A stretch of 64,000 bases of DNA, taken from the sequence record SRR31156797_6066. One strand, written 5' to 3'. Below, piece after piece: positions 40,477 through 49,955 of this stretch. The stretch's first letter is position 1. Each line of letters begins with the position of its first letter. Both the position numbers and the translations under genes were made by a program. Below the pieces are notes generated by a model, which was given only the letters and a program-made list of their open reading frames with translations, made no database searches and was not told the DNA's origin.

Positions 40477-41886
40477 TTAAATTTCTTCCTTACTAGCTTT
40501 TTTATTCAATTGGTTTTGTGCTCCTTCTACAATCTCCTTATTGATTCCTAATAAAGATGCAATTCGAAGTGCTTCGTGAGGAACTTCCCCTGTGTTGTCC
40601 TCAACCAACGAATAATCCATATAACTGTTTATATTCTTTTGGGTAATGATTTTATCACCCAAATCCTTATCCAGACCTTTCACCCGTAGTTTTCTGAAAT
40701 AAGAATTTAATCCACTGTAATGAGTGGTAATTACACTTCTGATATTGTTTTGATAGAAAATATCTGCAACAGCATTCACTATTGCCAATCCTTCTACCGG
40801 ATTTGTTGTTCTTGCCAACTCATCAACCAAAATCAACACATTGCTATGTTCTTTCGATTCTTCAACCATCTTGCTCACATTCATCATTTCTGATGCGAAA
40901 GATGATAAACCATTCAATTCTGATTGCTCATCGCCCACTGAAAGCATGATTTGATCGACCAAAGAAATTTGAGCCGATGTAGCTGGAACATAAAATCCAA
41001 ATTGACACAGATACTGACAAAGAGCCAAAGTTTTTAAAACTACGGTTTTGCCTGCCATATTTGCACCTGTAATCAAGCAAACAGATTTTTGAAGCTCGAT
41101 ATCAATTGCTTGATATTGCTTCTTCTGTTTCTCCAATTCATTTTTAATAAAAGGGTTGAACATCCCTTTGTAATTTGTATCAAGCTTTGTTAACTGTGGC
41201 TGAACTAAATTCAATTGAACTGCCTGCATTGCCTTTGCAATCAACAAATCCAAATGTGCAAGTTTCTTTATTGCAACAGCCAAATCGCTTGCAAAGCTTC
41301 GGATCTTGGTACAGATCTCTTCACGAACTTTCGACTCAATTTCCTGAGCTTTGCAGAACAAGTCTTCTAACTTCTCTTCTGAATCCCCGTTCGTTGATTT
41401 GGCAATTTTCAGATTCTTTCTTGCTTCAGCCAATTCCGATGAATAATCATCGTAAATGTAAAAAGAAGGAATTCCGGTATTTTGAGGGTCAAGAATTTCT
41501 ATCAAAGAACTCAAATTTGGTAATTGAATTACTACCTGCTTTAATTCCTTTTGCAAATTTAAAATTCCCTGACAATTCATTGCGAAAGATTTGATCTCGA
41601 ACAATTCCACATCATCCAAAACCAAGCTAGCTTTTAAATTGTCAACACTGCCACGAATTTCTTTCAAATGAGAAAGTTTGTTCTGAATATCTGAAGTTGT
41701 CTTTTCATTGGTTTTAACAGACTGAATGAGCTGCGCCAACAAACCATACTCAATATTCAATTCCGTTTCGGAGTAAAACATCTCAGTATCCAACAGGAAT
41801 CTTTTTCCCATTGGAGATTTCAAATCCAACTCTTCAGCCAAATATTGCAATCCTTTTATTTCTGATATTGCTTTACGAAACTGCAT
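40477..41886 (-). CDS. kamC: MutS-like ATPase KamC (reactivating factor of lysine 5,6-aminomutase)
   Basis: ITGANMAGKT Walker A, LSSFASEM, LVDELARTT, TTHY; lacks mismatch-binding domains; between kamB and kamD; start ATG 41886. Confidence 0.82.
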   Translation of the reverse strand: MQFRKAISEIKGLQYLAEELDLKSPMGKRFLLDTEMFYSETELNIEYGLLAQLIQSVKTNEKTTSDIQNKLSHLKEIRGSVDNLKASLVLDDVELFEIKSFAMNCQGILNLQKELKQVVIQLPNLSSLIEILDPQNTGIPSFYIYDDYSSELAEARKNLKIAKSTNGDSEEKLEDLFCKAQEIESKVREEICTKIRSFASDLAVAIKKLAHLDLLIAKAMQAVQLNLVQPQLTKLDTNYKGMFNPFIKNELEKQKKQYQAIDIELQKSVCLITGANMAGKTVVLKTLALCQYLCQFGFYVPATSAQISLVDQIMLSVGDEQSELNGLSSFASEMMNVSKMVEESKEHSNVLILVDELARTTNPVEGLAIVNAVADIFYQNNIRSVITTHYSGLNSYFRKLRVKGLDKDLGDKIITQKNINSYMDYSLVEDNTGEVPHEALRIASLLGINKEIVEGAQNQLNKKASKEEI

Positions 41887-42895
41887 TCTCAATTTTTTTC
41901 ACATCGTAAACCGGCACTTGTAATTTTGTTTCCAAAGCCAGTTTTAATTCATCTGAATTTAATCTGTAACCGTCTGGCGAAACCGGATTAATGGTAATCG
42001 CCAACAAATTGGTTTTATCTAATACCAAAATTATACCACCTCTTTTTATAAAGGCATAATAGGTTTCAGGATTTGCAAAGACTCTTGTGAAGTCTCTGAT
42101 GATTAATCTTATTTTATTAACCTGTTTCTGATTTTTCAGAAAATCTAAAAACTGATCGGTTATTGCTCCACTCACAAAAAAATCGGTTCCAAACTGAAAG
42201 AGTTGATCCTTTTTATTTTTGATCATCAATACAGAAGCAATACCTGTATCTTTAATTTCTCCTGACTCATCAATAGCCCAAATACCTTTTTCAATTCCTC
42301 TAAGCTTGGCTTTCAAATCCAGATCAATTTCTGGTAATTGAATCAAATTATACACATACTGTGTTTTGAACACCAATTGAGAAATATTTGCTGATAAGGC
42401 TGCTCCAGTTGCCAAAATCATGGCTTCGGTTACAGCTGGTGATCCCAAACTCTTGCGCGACAATGCTCCGTCAACAATTGTAAGATCAACACCTTTTGTT
42501 TTTAAATCAGCAATTAACCTGATAATTTCACTGTTGTTAGCTGGTCCTGATAACATCACTTTTCCTGAATGAATTGTTTTTGCTGTTACCAATCGTCCTA
42601 AGCTAGTCGATTGAGAAGAAACATCAATTACTTCTGAAAACAATCTGCGTTTCGCATAATGAATTTCCGAAGTCACGAACATCATTCCTTCACTCAATTC
42701 AATTTCAGGTTTGTGTGTTTGTGTGACTTGATCACGGTTTTCACCGTCGATACCAATAGAAGTCAAAGCAATTTGTTTATGGCTGTCCCTTAATCGGGAC
42801 AGCACATAATTCAAACACTCGGTTTTCCCGGTATTCTTTTCAAGTCCTACAATAGAAAGACTTCTATATTTTTCTATGTCCTTAAGAAAGGGCAT
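41873..42895 (-). CDS. kamB: KamB, P-loop accessory protein of lysine 5,6-aminomutase
   Basis: GLEKNTGKT P-loop, IVDGALSR; directly after kamA; start ATG 42895 overlapping the kamA end. Confidence 0.78.
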   Translation of the reverse strand: MPFLKDIEKYRSLSIVGLEKNTGKTECLNYVLSRLRDSHKQIALTSIGIDGENRDQVTQTHKPEIELSEGMMFVTSEIHYAKRRLFSEVIDVSSQSTSLGRLVTAKTIHSGKVMLSGPANNSEIIRLIADLKTKGVDLTIVDGALSRKSLGSPAVTEAMILATGAALSANISQLVFKTQYVYNLIQLPEIDLDLKAKLRGIEKGIWAIDESGEIKDTGIASVLMIKNKKDQLFQFGTDFFVSGAITDQFLDFLKNQKQVNKIRLIIRDFTRVFANPETYYAFIKRGGIILVLDKTNLLAITINPVSPDGYRLNSDELKLALETKLQVPVYDVKKIENAVS

Positions 42896-44144
42896 CAGTC
42901 TTTTTATTTCTTTCTTTTCTTGCCAAGTGATCAGGCTCGATAGATAATTTCTCACCATTCAACAATGAAGCAACACCTTCGTGTTTTTCATTCATTGTAC
43001 AATCAGGACAAGTACAGTTATCATCGTAATGCTTAGGCTCAGTATAAGTTGTAATTACACCTTCGAAGTTTCTCAAGACTACTTTACCTGGACTTTGTGA
43101 AACAACATACTGAGGCATAACCGGAGTTTTACCTCCTCCACCTGGAGCATCAACTACGAAAGTTGGAACTGCAAAACCAGAAGTATGACCACGTAAGTTC
43201 TCAATGATCTCGATACCTTTTGAAACTGGAGTTCTAAAATGCTCAAGACCCATAGAAAGATCACACTGATAAATATAGTAAGGACGAACACGGTTCAATA
43301 CCAAGTTGTGCATCAACTTTTTCATGATGTGAACACAGTCGTTAACACCTTTCAACAATACTGATTGATTACCCAATGGTACACCTGCATTAGCCAAACG
43401 TGCCAAAGCAACTTTTGCTTCTTCAGTAATCTCGTCAGAGTGATTGAAGTGAGTATTCAACCAAACTGGGTGATATTTCTTCAACATATTCACCAAGTTA
43501 TCAGTGATACGCTGAGGCAATACAACCGGAGTACGGCTACCAATACGAATAATCTCAACGTGAGGAATATCTCTCAATCGGCTAATGATATATTCTAATT
43601 TATCATCACTAATCAATAAAGCATCACCACCAGAAAGAACAACGTCACGAACCTGAGGTGTGTTAGCAATGTACTCAATAGCTTTCTCGATATTATCCTG
43701 TGGAGTTGAAGCATCAGACTGTCCGGCAAAACGACGGCGAGTACAGTGACGACAATACATAGAACACATATCAGTAATCAAGAACAATACACGATCCGGA
43801 TAACGGTGAGTTAATCCAGGAACAGGAGAATCCTCATCCTCGTGCAATGGATCCAACAAGTCAGCATCTGCTTTGTGTACCTCTGCTGCTGTAGGAATCG
43901 CCTGCTTACGAACAGGACAATTTGCATTTTCAGGATCGATCAATGTCAAATAGTATGGTGTAATTGCCATACGCAAAGTTGCCAATGATTTCTTAACTCC
44001 TTCTTCCTCTTCCGCTGTTAGGTGAATGTATTTTTTTAACTGATCAATAGTCTCAATACGGTTTCTCACCTGCCATTTCCAATCGTTCCACTGAATATCA
44101 GTTACCTCTGGAAATAATTCTTTTCTTCTGTTGTTAGTAACCAT
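42882..44144 (-). CDS. kamA: L-lysine 2,3-aminomutase
   Basis: HRYPDR, CSMYCRHC radical SAM motif, PGGGGK PLP lysine, C-terminal CTCPDC Zn site. Confidence 0.97.
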   Translation of the reverse strand: MVTNNRRKELFPEVTDIQWNDWKWQVRNRIETIDQLKKYIHLTAEEEEGVKKSLATLRMAITPYYLTLIDPENANCPVRKQAIPTAAEVHKADADLLDPLHEDEDSPVPGLTHRYPDRVLFLITDMCSMYCRHCTRRRFAGQSDASTPQDNIEKAIEYIANTPQVRDVVLSGGDALLISDDKLEYIISRLRDIPHVEIIRIGSRTPVVLPQRITDNLVNMLKKYHPVWLNTHFNHSDEITEEAKVALARLANAGVPLGNQSVLLKGVNDCVHIMKKLMHNLVLNRVRPYYIYQCDLSMGLEHFRTPVSKGIEIIENLRGHTSGFAVPTFVVDAPGGGGKTPVMPQYVVSQSPGKVVLRNFEGVITTYTEPKHYDDNCTCPDCTMNEKHEGVASLLNGEKLSIEPDHLARKERNKKTDALS

Positions 44145-45178
44145 TACACGTATAGTTTTTCGAACAATTCTCTAATTCCTTCTGATTTTCTAATAATATC
44201 TAAAGTTAGGTCGGCATGTCCAATTGCATATCCGTTACCTACAATCATGTCAACATCTTTACCAACACCTTCAGCTCCTAATGCTGCTTTAGTAAATGAA
44301 GTTGCCATAGAGAAGAAATAAACGCATCCTCTATCTTTTGTTATCAAAATTGATGACATTTCAGTAGAAGCTACATTTACGTTATTGATTACAACATCGC
44401 ATCCGTCTTCACCAGTAATTTCCGTTACTCTATTGTAAACATCCATTACATCAGTAGCATCACCAATTAGTACTTCGTGAGCCAAACCAAGATCCAAAAT
44501 ACGCTTCGCATTCTCTTCAGAGTATTCTACAACAATTACTTTTCCTTTTGGTCCAACTTTTTCCATTGCCTGGTAGCAGCACAGAACACCTGATTTACCA
44601 CCTCCACCGATGATACAAACAGTGTCGCCTTCTTTTACCAATCGATCAACCTGAGCAGGAGCACCAGCAACATCTAAAGCTGCCAAAGCCAATTTTTCAG
44701 GAATATCAGTAGGAAGAACTGCATATAAACCACTTTCAAATAAGATTGCTTCTGCATCAACATCAACCTGATCGTTTGAAGTATTGATGTTTTTAATCTT
44801 TTTAATTTTCAAAGGAGTTAATGATAAAGAAACCAAAGTTGCAATCTTATCACCAACCTTTAAATCTTGATTTGGGAAATTTGGACCAACTTCTTTGATG
44901 GTACCAATCAACATTCCACCAGAACCAGTAACAGGATTTTGCATTTTACCTCTTTCGCCAACAATTGAAAGAATCATTTCTTCCATTTTAGCAGTATCAG
45001 CATCGCAAGCACCTTTAATCTGAGTAAAACTTGCTGAATCGATATTCAAAGTTTGAACATCAATCAACAATTCGTTGTCGTAAATCGACATTGTGTTATC
45101 CAACTTTTGAGCTGGCTGTGGAAGAGTCCCTTTTGGTTCAAGTACTCTATGAGTTCCGTATTTATTTCCTTTATTCAT
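44144..45178 (-). CDS. kdd: L-erythro-3,5-diaminohexanoate dehydrogenase
   Basis: YGTHRV, NPVTGSGGM, LDVAGAP, GGGGKSG, FFSMATSF; operon context. Confidence 0.92.
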   Translation of the reverse strand: MNKGNKYGTHRVLEPKGTLPQPAQKLDNTMSIYDNELLIDVQTLNIDSASFTQIKGACDADTAKMEEMILSIVGERGKMQNPVTGSGGMLIGTIKEVGPNFPNQDLKVGDKIATLVSLSLTPLKIKKIKNINTSNDQVDVDAEAILFESGLYAVLPTDIPEKLALAALDVAGAPAQVDRLVKEGDTVCIIGGGGKSGVLCCYQAMEKVGPKGKVIVVEYSEENAKRILDLGLAHEVLIGDATDVMDVYNRVTEITGEDGCDVVINNVNVASTEMSSILITKDRGCVYFFSMATSFTKAALGAEGVGKDVDMIVGNGYAIGHADLTLDIIRKSEGIRELFEKLYV

Positions 45179-45187
45179 TTTCTATAT

Positions 45188-45220
45188 AGATATGAGATAA
45201 TAGATTTGAGATGTAAGATC
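45188..45220. repeat. Heptamer tandem repeats (AGATnnn x5)
   Basis: AGAT at 45188, 45195, 45202, 45209, 45216, exact 7-bp period, in the kce-kdd spacer. Confidence 0.65.
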
Positions 45221-45238
45221 TCTTTTCCTTATCTGATC

Positions 45239-46063
45239 TTATTTTTGTTTTAATCCTAAAATTTCTCTTGCCTCAGCAGGATTAGCAATCTCGCGACCCA
45301 ATTCTTTAGCCAAACGAACTACTTTCTCTACCAACTGACCATTTGATTCTGCTACAACACCTCTTGCTATCATAGTATTATCTTCGAATCCAACACGAAC
45401 GTGACCACCATCGATAATAGCAGCGACTGCCAATGGGAATTCGAAACGACCAATACCTGCAACAGTATAAGTTGCATCAGCAGGAATACTCTCTCTCAAG
45501 AATACAAAGTCGCGAAGAGTACCAGAAATACCTCCGTTAACACCCATTACAAAATCAAAATGCATAGGAGATTTAATGAATCCTTTTTTGTGCAAACGAA
45601 GAGCCATGTCAATCATCGATTTATCAAACACTTCTAATTCAGGTTTGATATCTCTTTCGATCATCTTTTCACCAAAGTATTTAATGGTATTTTCGGTATT
45701 TTCGAAAATCTCATCTCCACCAAAATTCAAGGTTCCGCAATCTAAAGTTGCCATTTCAGGATTCAACTCTGTTGGCTGTAATCTTTCATCATTGGTCATT
45801 CCAACAGCACCACCAGTTGATGGTTGAATAATTACATCAGGATATTTAGCATGGATTGCATCCATTACTGCCTTAAAACGATCTTTATCTTGAGTTGGTG
45901 TTCCATCATCTTCACGAACATGAAGGTGAATGATACTTGCACCAGCTTCGTAAGCTAAACCAGCTTCACGAACACATTCTTCAATAGTATAAGGAACATT
46001 TGGATTATGCTCTTTGGTAACTTCGGCGCCGCTAATAGCAGCTGTGATGATCAATTTTTCCAT
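45239..46063 (-). CDS. kce: 3-keto-5-aminohexanoate cleavage enzyme (DUF849/BKACE)
   Basis: LIITAAISGAE, IHLHVR, STGG, GGHVRVGFED. Confidence 0.94.
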   Translation of the reverse strand: MEKLIITAAISGAEVTKEHNPNVPYTIEECVREAGLAYEAGASIIHLHVREDDGTPTQDKDRFKAVMDAIHAKYPDVIIQPSTGGAVGMTNDERLQPTELNPEMATLDCGTLNFGGDEIFENTENTIKYFGEKMIERDIKPELEVFDKSMIDMALRLHKKGFIKSPMHFDFVMGVNGGISGTLRDFVFLRESIPADATYTVAGIGRFEFPLAVAAIIDGGHVRVGFEDNTMIARGVVAESNGQLVEKVVRLAKELGREIANPAEAREILGLKQK

Positions 46064-46071
46064 GCTTCTAT

Positions 46072-46455
46072 TTATTTACGTTGACTAGCTTTAGGTGTAA
46101 CACATGTTCCTGTTGCTCTACAAACAACAACTGGTTCTTCAAGAAAATCAGCAGCTGACTCTGAAATATCAGTTCTAGGAATAATCACTTTACGAGCTTC
46201 GAAAGTCATTTTTCGGCTTGAGTTTCCTTCTTTTACAATTTCCCCAACTGCTTCGATGTAATCACCTGCAAATACTGGAGCCAAGAATTCAACATTTTCG
46301 TATCCAGCGAATAACCCTTCATCACCATCGCGACGAATCAACAACTCAGTTGCTACATCACCAAATAACTGAAGCATTTTAGCACCATCAACAAGATTGC
46401 CACCATAATGAGCGTCATGAGAACTCATACGCATTCTAATCATTGCCTTTTCCAT
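46072..46455 (-). CDS. kal: 3-aminobutyryl-CoA ammonia-lyase (hotdog fold)
   Basis: [27 protein letters not shown]; operon context. Confidence 0.92.
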   Translation of the reverse strand: MEKAMIRMRMSSHDAHYGGNLVDGAKMLQLFGDVATELLIRRDGDEGLFAGYENVEFLAPVFAGDYIEAVGEIVKEGNSSRKMTFEARKVIIPRTDISESAADFLEEPVVVCRATGTCVTPKASQRK

Positions 46456-46467
46456 TTGTATATTAGT

Positions 46468-47115
46468 TTAGTTGTTTACAATAAAATCTACGAAAATTGA
46501 AGGAGTTTTAATTTCTTCAGGACGAAGAACTCCAGCCTCAACCATTTCCTGAGCCTCAACAATTACAAGATCTGCAGCTGCAGCCATTAAAGGATTAAAG
46601 TTTTGAGTAGTTCCTTTATAAATAAGGTTCCCCATAGCATCACTTTTACTAGCTCCAATTAAAGCTACATCAGCGCGTAATGGCTTCTCCAACAAAAATT
46701 CTTTACCGTCAACAGTAATAATTTCTTTTCCTTCAGCAACCATTGTTCCCAAACCTGTTGGAGTTAATACTCCACCCAAGCCATATCCACCCGAACGTAC
46801 TCGTTCAGCCAAGGTTCCTTGTGGGCTAAATTCCACTTGAATTTCACCATTATTCATTTGTTCTATAGTAGCAGAATTAGTTCCGATATGAGATGTAATC
46901 ACCTTATCTACTTGCTTATTCGCGATCAGCTTACCAAGACCTTTATCTGCAAAAGCAGTGTCGTTACAAATGATAGTTAAATTTTTAACACCGGATTCAA
47001 CCACCCGATCAACAATATTATTTGCAGTTCCAACCGAAAGAAATCCTCCGATCATGATGGTCATTCCATCTTTAACTTTTGCTACTGCCTCTTCTATTGA
47101 GATTATCTTGTCCAT
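46468..47115 (-). CDS. atoD: Butyrate-acetoacetate CoA-transferase alpha subunit
   Basis: DGMTIMIGGF, PQGTLAER, NFNPLMA. Confidence 0.9.
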   Translation of the reverse strand: MDKIISIEEAVAKVKDGMTIMIGGFLSVGTANNIVDRVVESGVKNLTIICNDTAFADKGLGKLIANKQVDKVITSHIGTNSATIEQMNNGEIQVEFSPQGTLAERVRSGGYGLGGVLTPTGLGTMVAEGKEIITVDGKEFLLEKPLRADVALIGASKSDAMGNLIYKGTTQNFNPLMAAAADLVIVEAQEMVEAGVLRPEEIKTPSIFVDFIVNN

Positions 47116-47192
47116 TGAAAAAATTTTTACTGTTTTACTCCAACACCTCTGATTTAGATAAAATTAGAAGCTTTGTAATTTATTTTCAAAAA

Positions 47193-47200
47193 CAAAGATA
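47193..47200 (-). promoter_or_regulatory. -7 promoter element of the lysine fermentation operon
   Basis: Minus strand TATCTTTG ~80 nt upstream of atoD. Confidence 0.6.
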
Positions 47201-47217
47201 ACTGAATAATCGATTGA

Positions 47218-47231
47218 TGAAAACGATTGCA
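47218..47231. promoter_or_regulatory. LacI/CcpA(cre)-like operator palindrome
   Basis: TGAAAACGATTGCA, imperfect palindrome with central CG, at the expected -33 position of the operon promoter. Confidence 0.4.
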
Positions 47232-47691
47232 AATATGTGTATTAAGACTGAATCTAAACATGACATCACTAAATTCTAACTTGCATAAAACAATTCTAAA
47301 TAGTCGTAAAAACGATCAATTTTGAGTTAAAAATGAACAATTGTGTGTGAATTTTTAAACATTTAGATTCATTTTTATACTTTCTACGCAATTCACACGA
47401 AACATGAATCTGCTGCAAAACATACAATACAGAATCATTTTATATACATGTTATAAAACAGAAATATGCATACATGGTTTACTTGAATAGATTTCACAAT
47501 TCTCAACTGATATTAAAAAAAATTGAATGTGCTTAATATTTCAATTACATAAATTCATTTTTTCAAAAGATATTTGAAGCATTATCAAATTGTTATTCAA
47601 CATATTTTAAGAACACATAAGCTCTCCTAATTTCATTATTTTTAATGCTTATTAAATCAACCTTAACACAAAACAACCTAACAACACGCTT

Positions 47692-49299
47692 ATGTATCGA
47701 ATCTTCTTACTGGCTTTTATTGCCATCCAATTACTTTCAATTCATAATTCTTTGGGGCAAACCGATCCAATTGTTAAGAAAATAATTGAACTTGGGAAAA
47801 CTGATAATCGAAGCATGCACCATCTTGACATTCTTAGCAATCGCTTCGGTGGCAGGTTAATTGGCTCAAACGCATATGACAACTCCGCAGAATGGGTCGC
47901 AAGTAAATTTACAGAATGGGGAATGGAAGTTATTATGGATGAAGCAGGAAGTATTCCTGTAGGATTTAACCGCGGACCTTGGTTTGGAAGAATGTTAGGT
48001 GGTAATAACATGCATCTTCATTTTGCAACCCCATCCTATACATCTGGAACAAAAGGAATACAAAAGGGACATGTAGTTTTAGAACCGAAAACTCAACGTC
48101 AGTTTGACCGCATGAAAGGTAAATTAAAAGGTGCCTGGGTTCTTATTGGTGGTGAAAACAAAGGATGGCCTATTGATTATTCTGAAGATGCCGAAGAAAA
48201 TAGAGCAAAAATTCGAATTGAAAATGCCGCAATTGAGAAGAAAAATGACAGCATTAGGAGAATTAACTGGAAAAATAGACATGGCAAACAAGAAGAACTT
48301 ATTCCACTAAATGAGAAACCTGCATTATTCTACAAACAAATGGTAAATGCAGGCATTTTAGGCATTATTCAATCTGCTAAACTTCCTATTGTCGCAATGT
48401 ACGATCGCAAAAATCTAATGCAGATGACATTCGAAACTTTATCAGAAATTCCTGATATTAAACTCGATGAACATCAATTCAAAATTATAGCTCAAATGGC
48501 AAAAGAGAGACAACGATTTGAGCTTGAATTTGATATTCGCAACCACTTTAGAATGGGACCAGTTAAATATCACAATGTAATTGGAGTAATACCTGGAAGC
48601 AAATATCCTGATGAGTATGTAATAATGGGCGGACACTTGGATGCATTCGATATTGCAACAGGTGGTGTTGATAATGGTTCGGGTGTTAGCCCTGCAATGG
48701 AAGCTGCCCGTTTGATAATGAAAGCTGGAGGAAAACCGAAGCGAACTATTCTTGTTTGTCTTTGGGCTGGAGAAGAATTTGGCTTACTTGGCTCAAAAAG
48801 TTGGATAAAAAGGAATGAAGATAAACTTGACAAAATAGCCAACATGTTCAATCGCGACAGTGGTCCTACGGCAACAACAAGCCTAAGTGTAACAGAAGCA
48901 ATGTGGAGCGACATGCAGAAAATATGCAAACCACTTGAAACAATTAATCCTGATATCCCATTTACACTTAAAAAACGCAAATCAATAAAACAACCTAAAA
49001 AAGCATGGGGTACTGATAGCGGACCATTTGCTGTAGCAGGTGTACCTACAATGGAATTTGGTAAAACAGATCATTTTGGATATGATTTTAGCTATCGAGA
49101 AATTTGGCATACCGAAAGAGATCTTTACAATATGAGTATTGCTGAATATCAAGAACACTCATCAATAGTAACCGCAGTAGTAATATATGGAATAGCAAAC
49201 CTTAATCACCTCCTTTCCCGCGAAGGATATTACACAAAGGAAGAAACAGATGAAAAATTAACTGATAAATCTCCCAAGAAGAATTCTCTAAAAAGATAA
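47692..49299 (+). CDS. M28 family metallopeptidase (secreted)
   Basis: Signal peptide, GGHLD, DNGSG, GEEFGLLGS, TD, WHT zinc-ligand motifs. Confidence 0.88.
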   Translation: MYRIFLLAFIAIQLLSIHNSLGQTDPIVKKIIELGKTDNRSMHHLDILSNRFGGRLIGSNAYDNSAEWVASKFTEWGMEVIMDEAGSIPVGFNRGPWFGRMLGGNNMHLHFATPSYTSGTKGIQKGHVVLEPKTQRQFDRMKGKLKGAWVLIGGENKGWPIDYSEDAEENRAKIRIENAAIEKKNDSIRRINWKNRHGKQEELIPLNEKPALFYKQMVNAGILGIIQSAKLPIVAMYDRKNLMQMTFETLSEIPDIKLDEHQFKIIAQMAKERQRFELEFDIRNHFRMGPVKYHNVIGVIPGSKYPDEYVIMGGHLDAFDIATGGVDNGSGVSPAMEAARLIMKAGGKPKRTILVCLWAGEEFGLLGSKSWIKRNEDKLDKIANMFNRDSGPTATTSLSVTEAMWSDMQKICKPLETINPDIPFTLKKRKSIKQPKKAWGTDSGPFAVAGVPTMEFGKTDHFGYDFSYREIWHTERDLYNMSIAEYQEHSSIVTAVVIYGIANLNHLLSREGYYTKEETDEKLTDKSPKKNSLKR

Positions 49300-49318
49300 A
49301 ATATTTAAATCCGTAAAT

Positions 49319-49363
49319 AAAAAACACCACAGCTTGAAACAATGTTTCAGCTATGGTGTTTTT
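49319..49363. terminator. Bidirectional terminator between convergent genes
   Basis: AAAAAACACCACAGC-TTGAAAC-AAT-GTTTCA-GCTATGGTGTTTTT. Confidence 0.75.
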
Positions 49364-49378
49364 ACTTCATATATTTCT

Positions 49379-49813
49379 CTAAGAATTGTAAATCTTAACT
49401 TGCCTTAATCCTAGTACGAATAAACAGATTAGTTTAACAAACTCCATCACAACATACATTATATGAACTGAACTTTTTTCAGGTTGCATTCCTTGCATGA
49501 TCAATTGTGCATGTTCATTCAATTCCGGCAATAAATAACCCGATTGCGCTACAATAAAAGTAAAAATGGTTAAAGCACTTACCACAACAGCTCTGTCTGT
49601 GTAATGAATAAATACATAAACAAGCATAATTACTGTAAAAATACGTTCAACAAAATTTAGCGCTCCAAACACATGCATTCCTACATCCAATCCTGTCGGA
49701 ACGTCTAATGATTCAGCACGAAACTTAATCCATGCTTCCATAAAACTAATGGCAAGTATAAATCCTACCCAGATAAACGTGATAACAAATCCGTGTTTTA
49801 TAAATCTACTCAT
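49379..49813 (-). CDS. Four-TM hypothetical membrane protein (DUF4149-like)
   Basis: ISFMEAWIKFRA, G..VF..LN, H..YV motifs with four hydrophobic segments; start ATG 49813. Confidence 0.7.
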   Translation of the reverse strand: MSRFIKHGFVITFIWVGFILAISFMEAWIKFRAESLDVPTGLDVGMHVFGALNFVERIFTVIMLVYVFIHYTDRAVVVSALTIFTFIVAQSGYLLPELNEHAQLIMQGMQPEKSSVHIMYVVMEFVKLICLFVLGLRQVKIYNS

Positions 49814-49928
49814 ATTACTCTTTTTATTTTGAATCATTAAAAATAGGAAAAGATAAATTAGCTCACTACTCTTTTTCCTCTAATCTTAAAAAATTCAAGC
49901 TGACTTGACATTAATTGACCGATAAGAT

Positions 49929-49936
49929 TAAATTTG
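49929..49936 (+). promoter_or_regulatory. -7 promoter element for the glycosyltransferase pair
   Basis: TAAATTTG 20 nt upstream of ATG 49956. Confidence 0.55.
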
Positions 49937-49955
49937 CACCAAAGAGTTCTTACAC

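Noticed and set aside
40477-41886. MutS-like gene as a mismatch-repair protein or truncated mutS pseudogene
   Set aside because: The ORF is intact, has only the ATPase-side motifs and lies between kamB and kamD, which fits KamC.
47116-47691. Lysine or cobalamin riboswitch upstream of the lysine operon
   Set aside because: The spacer is very AT-rich with no recognisable aptamer stems or B12 box, and the likely promoter is only ~80 nt from the start.
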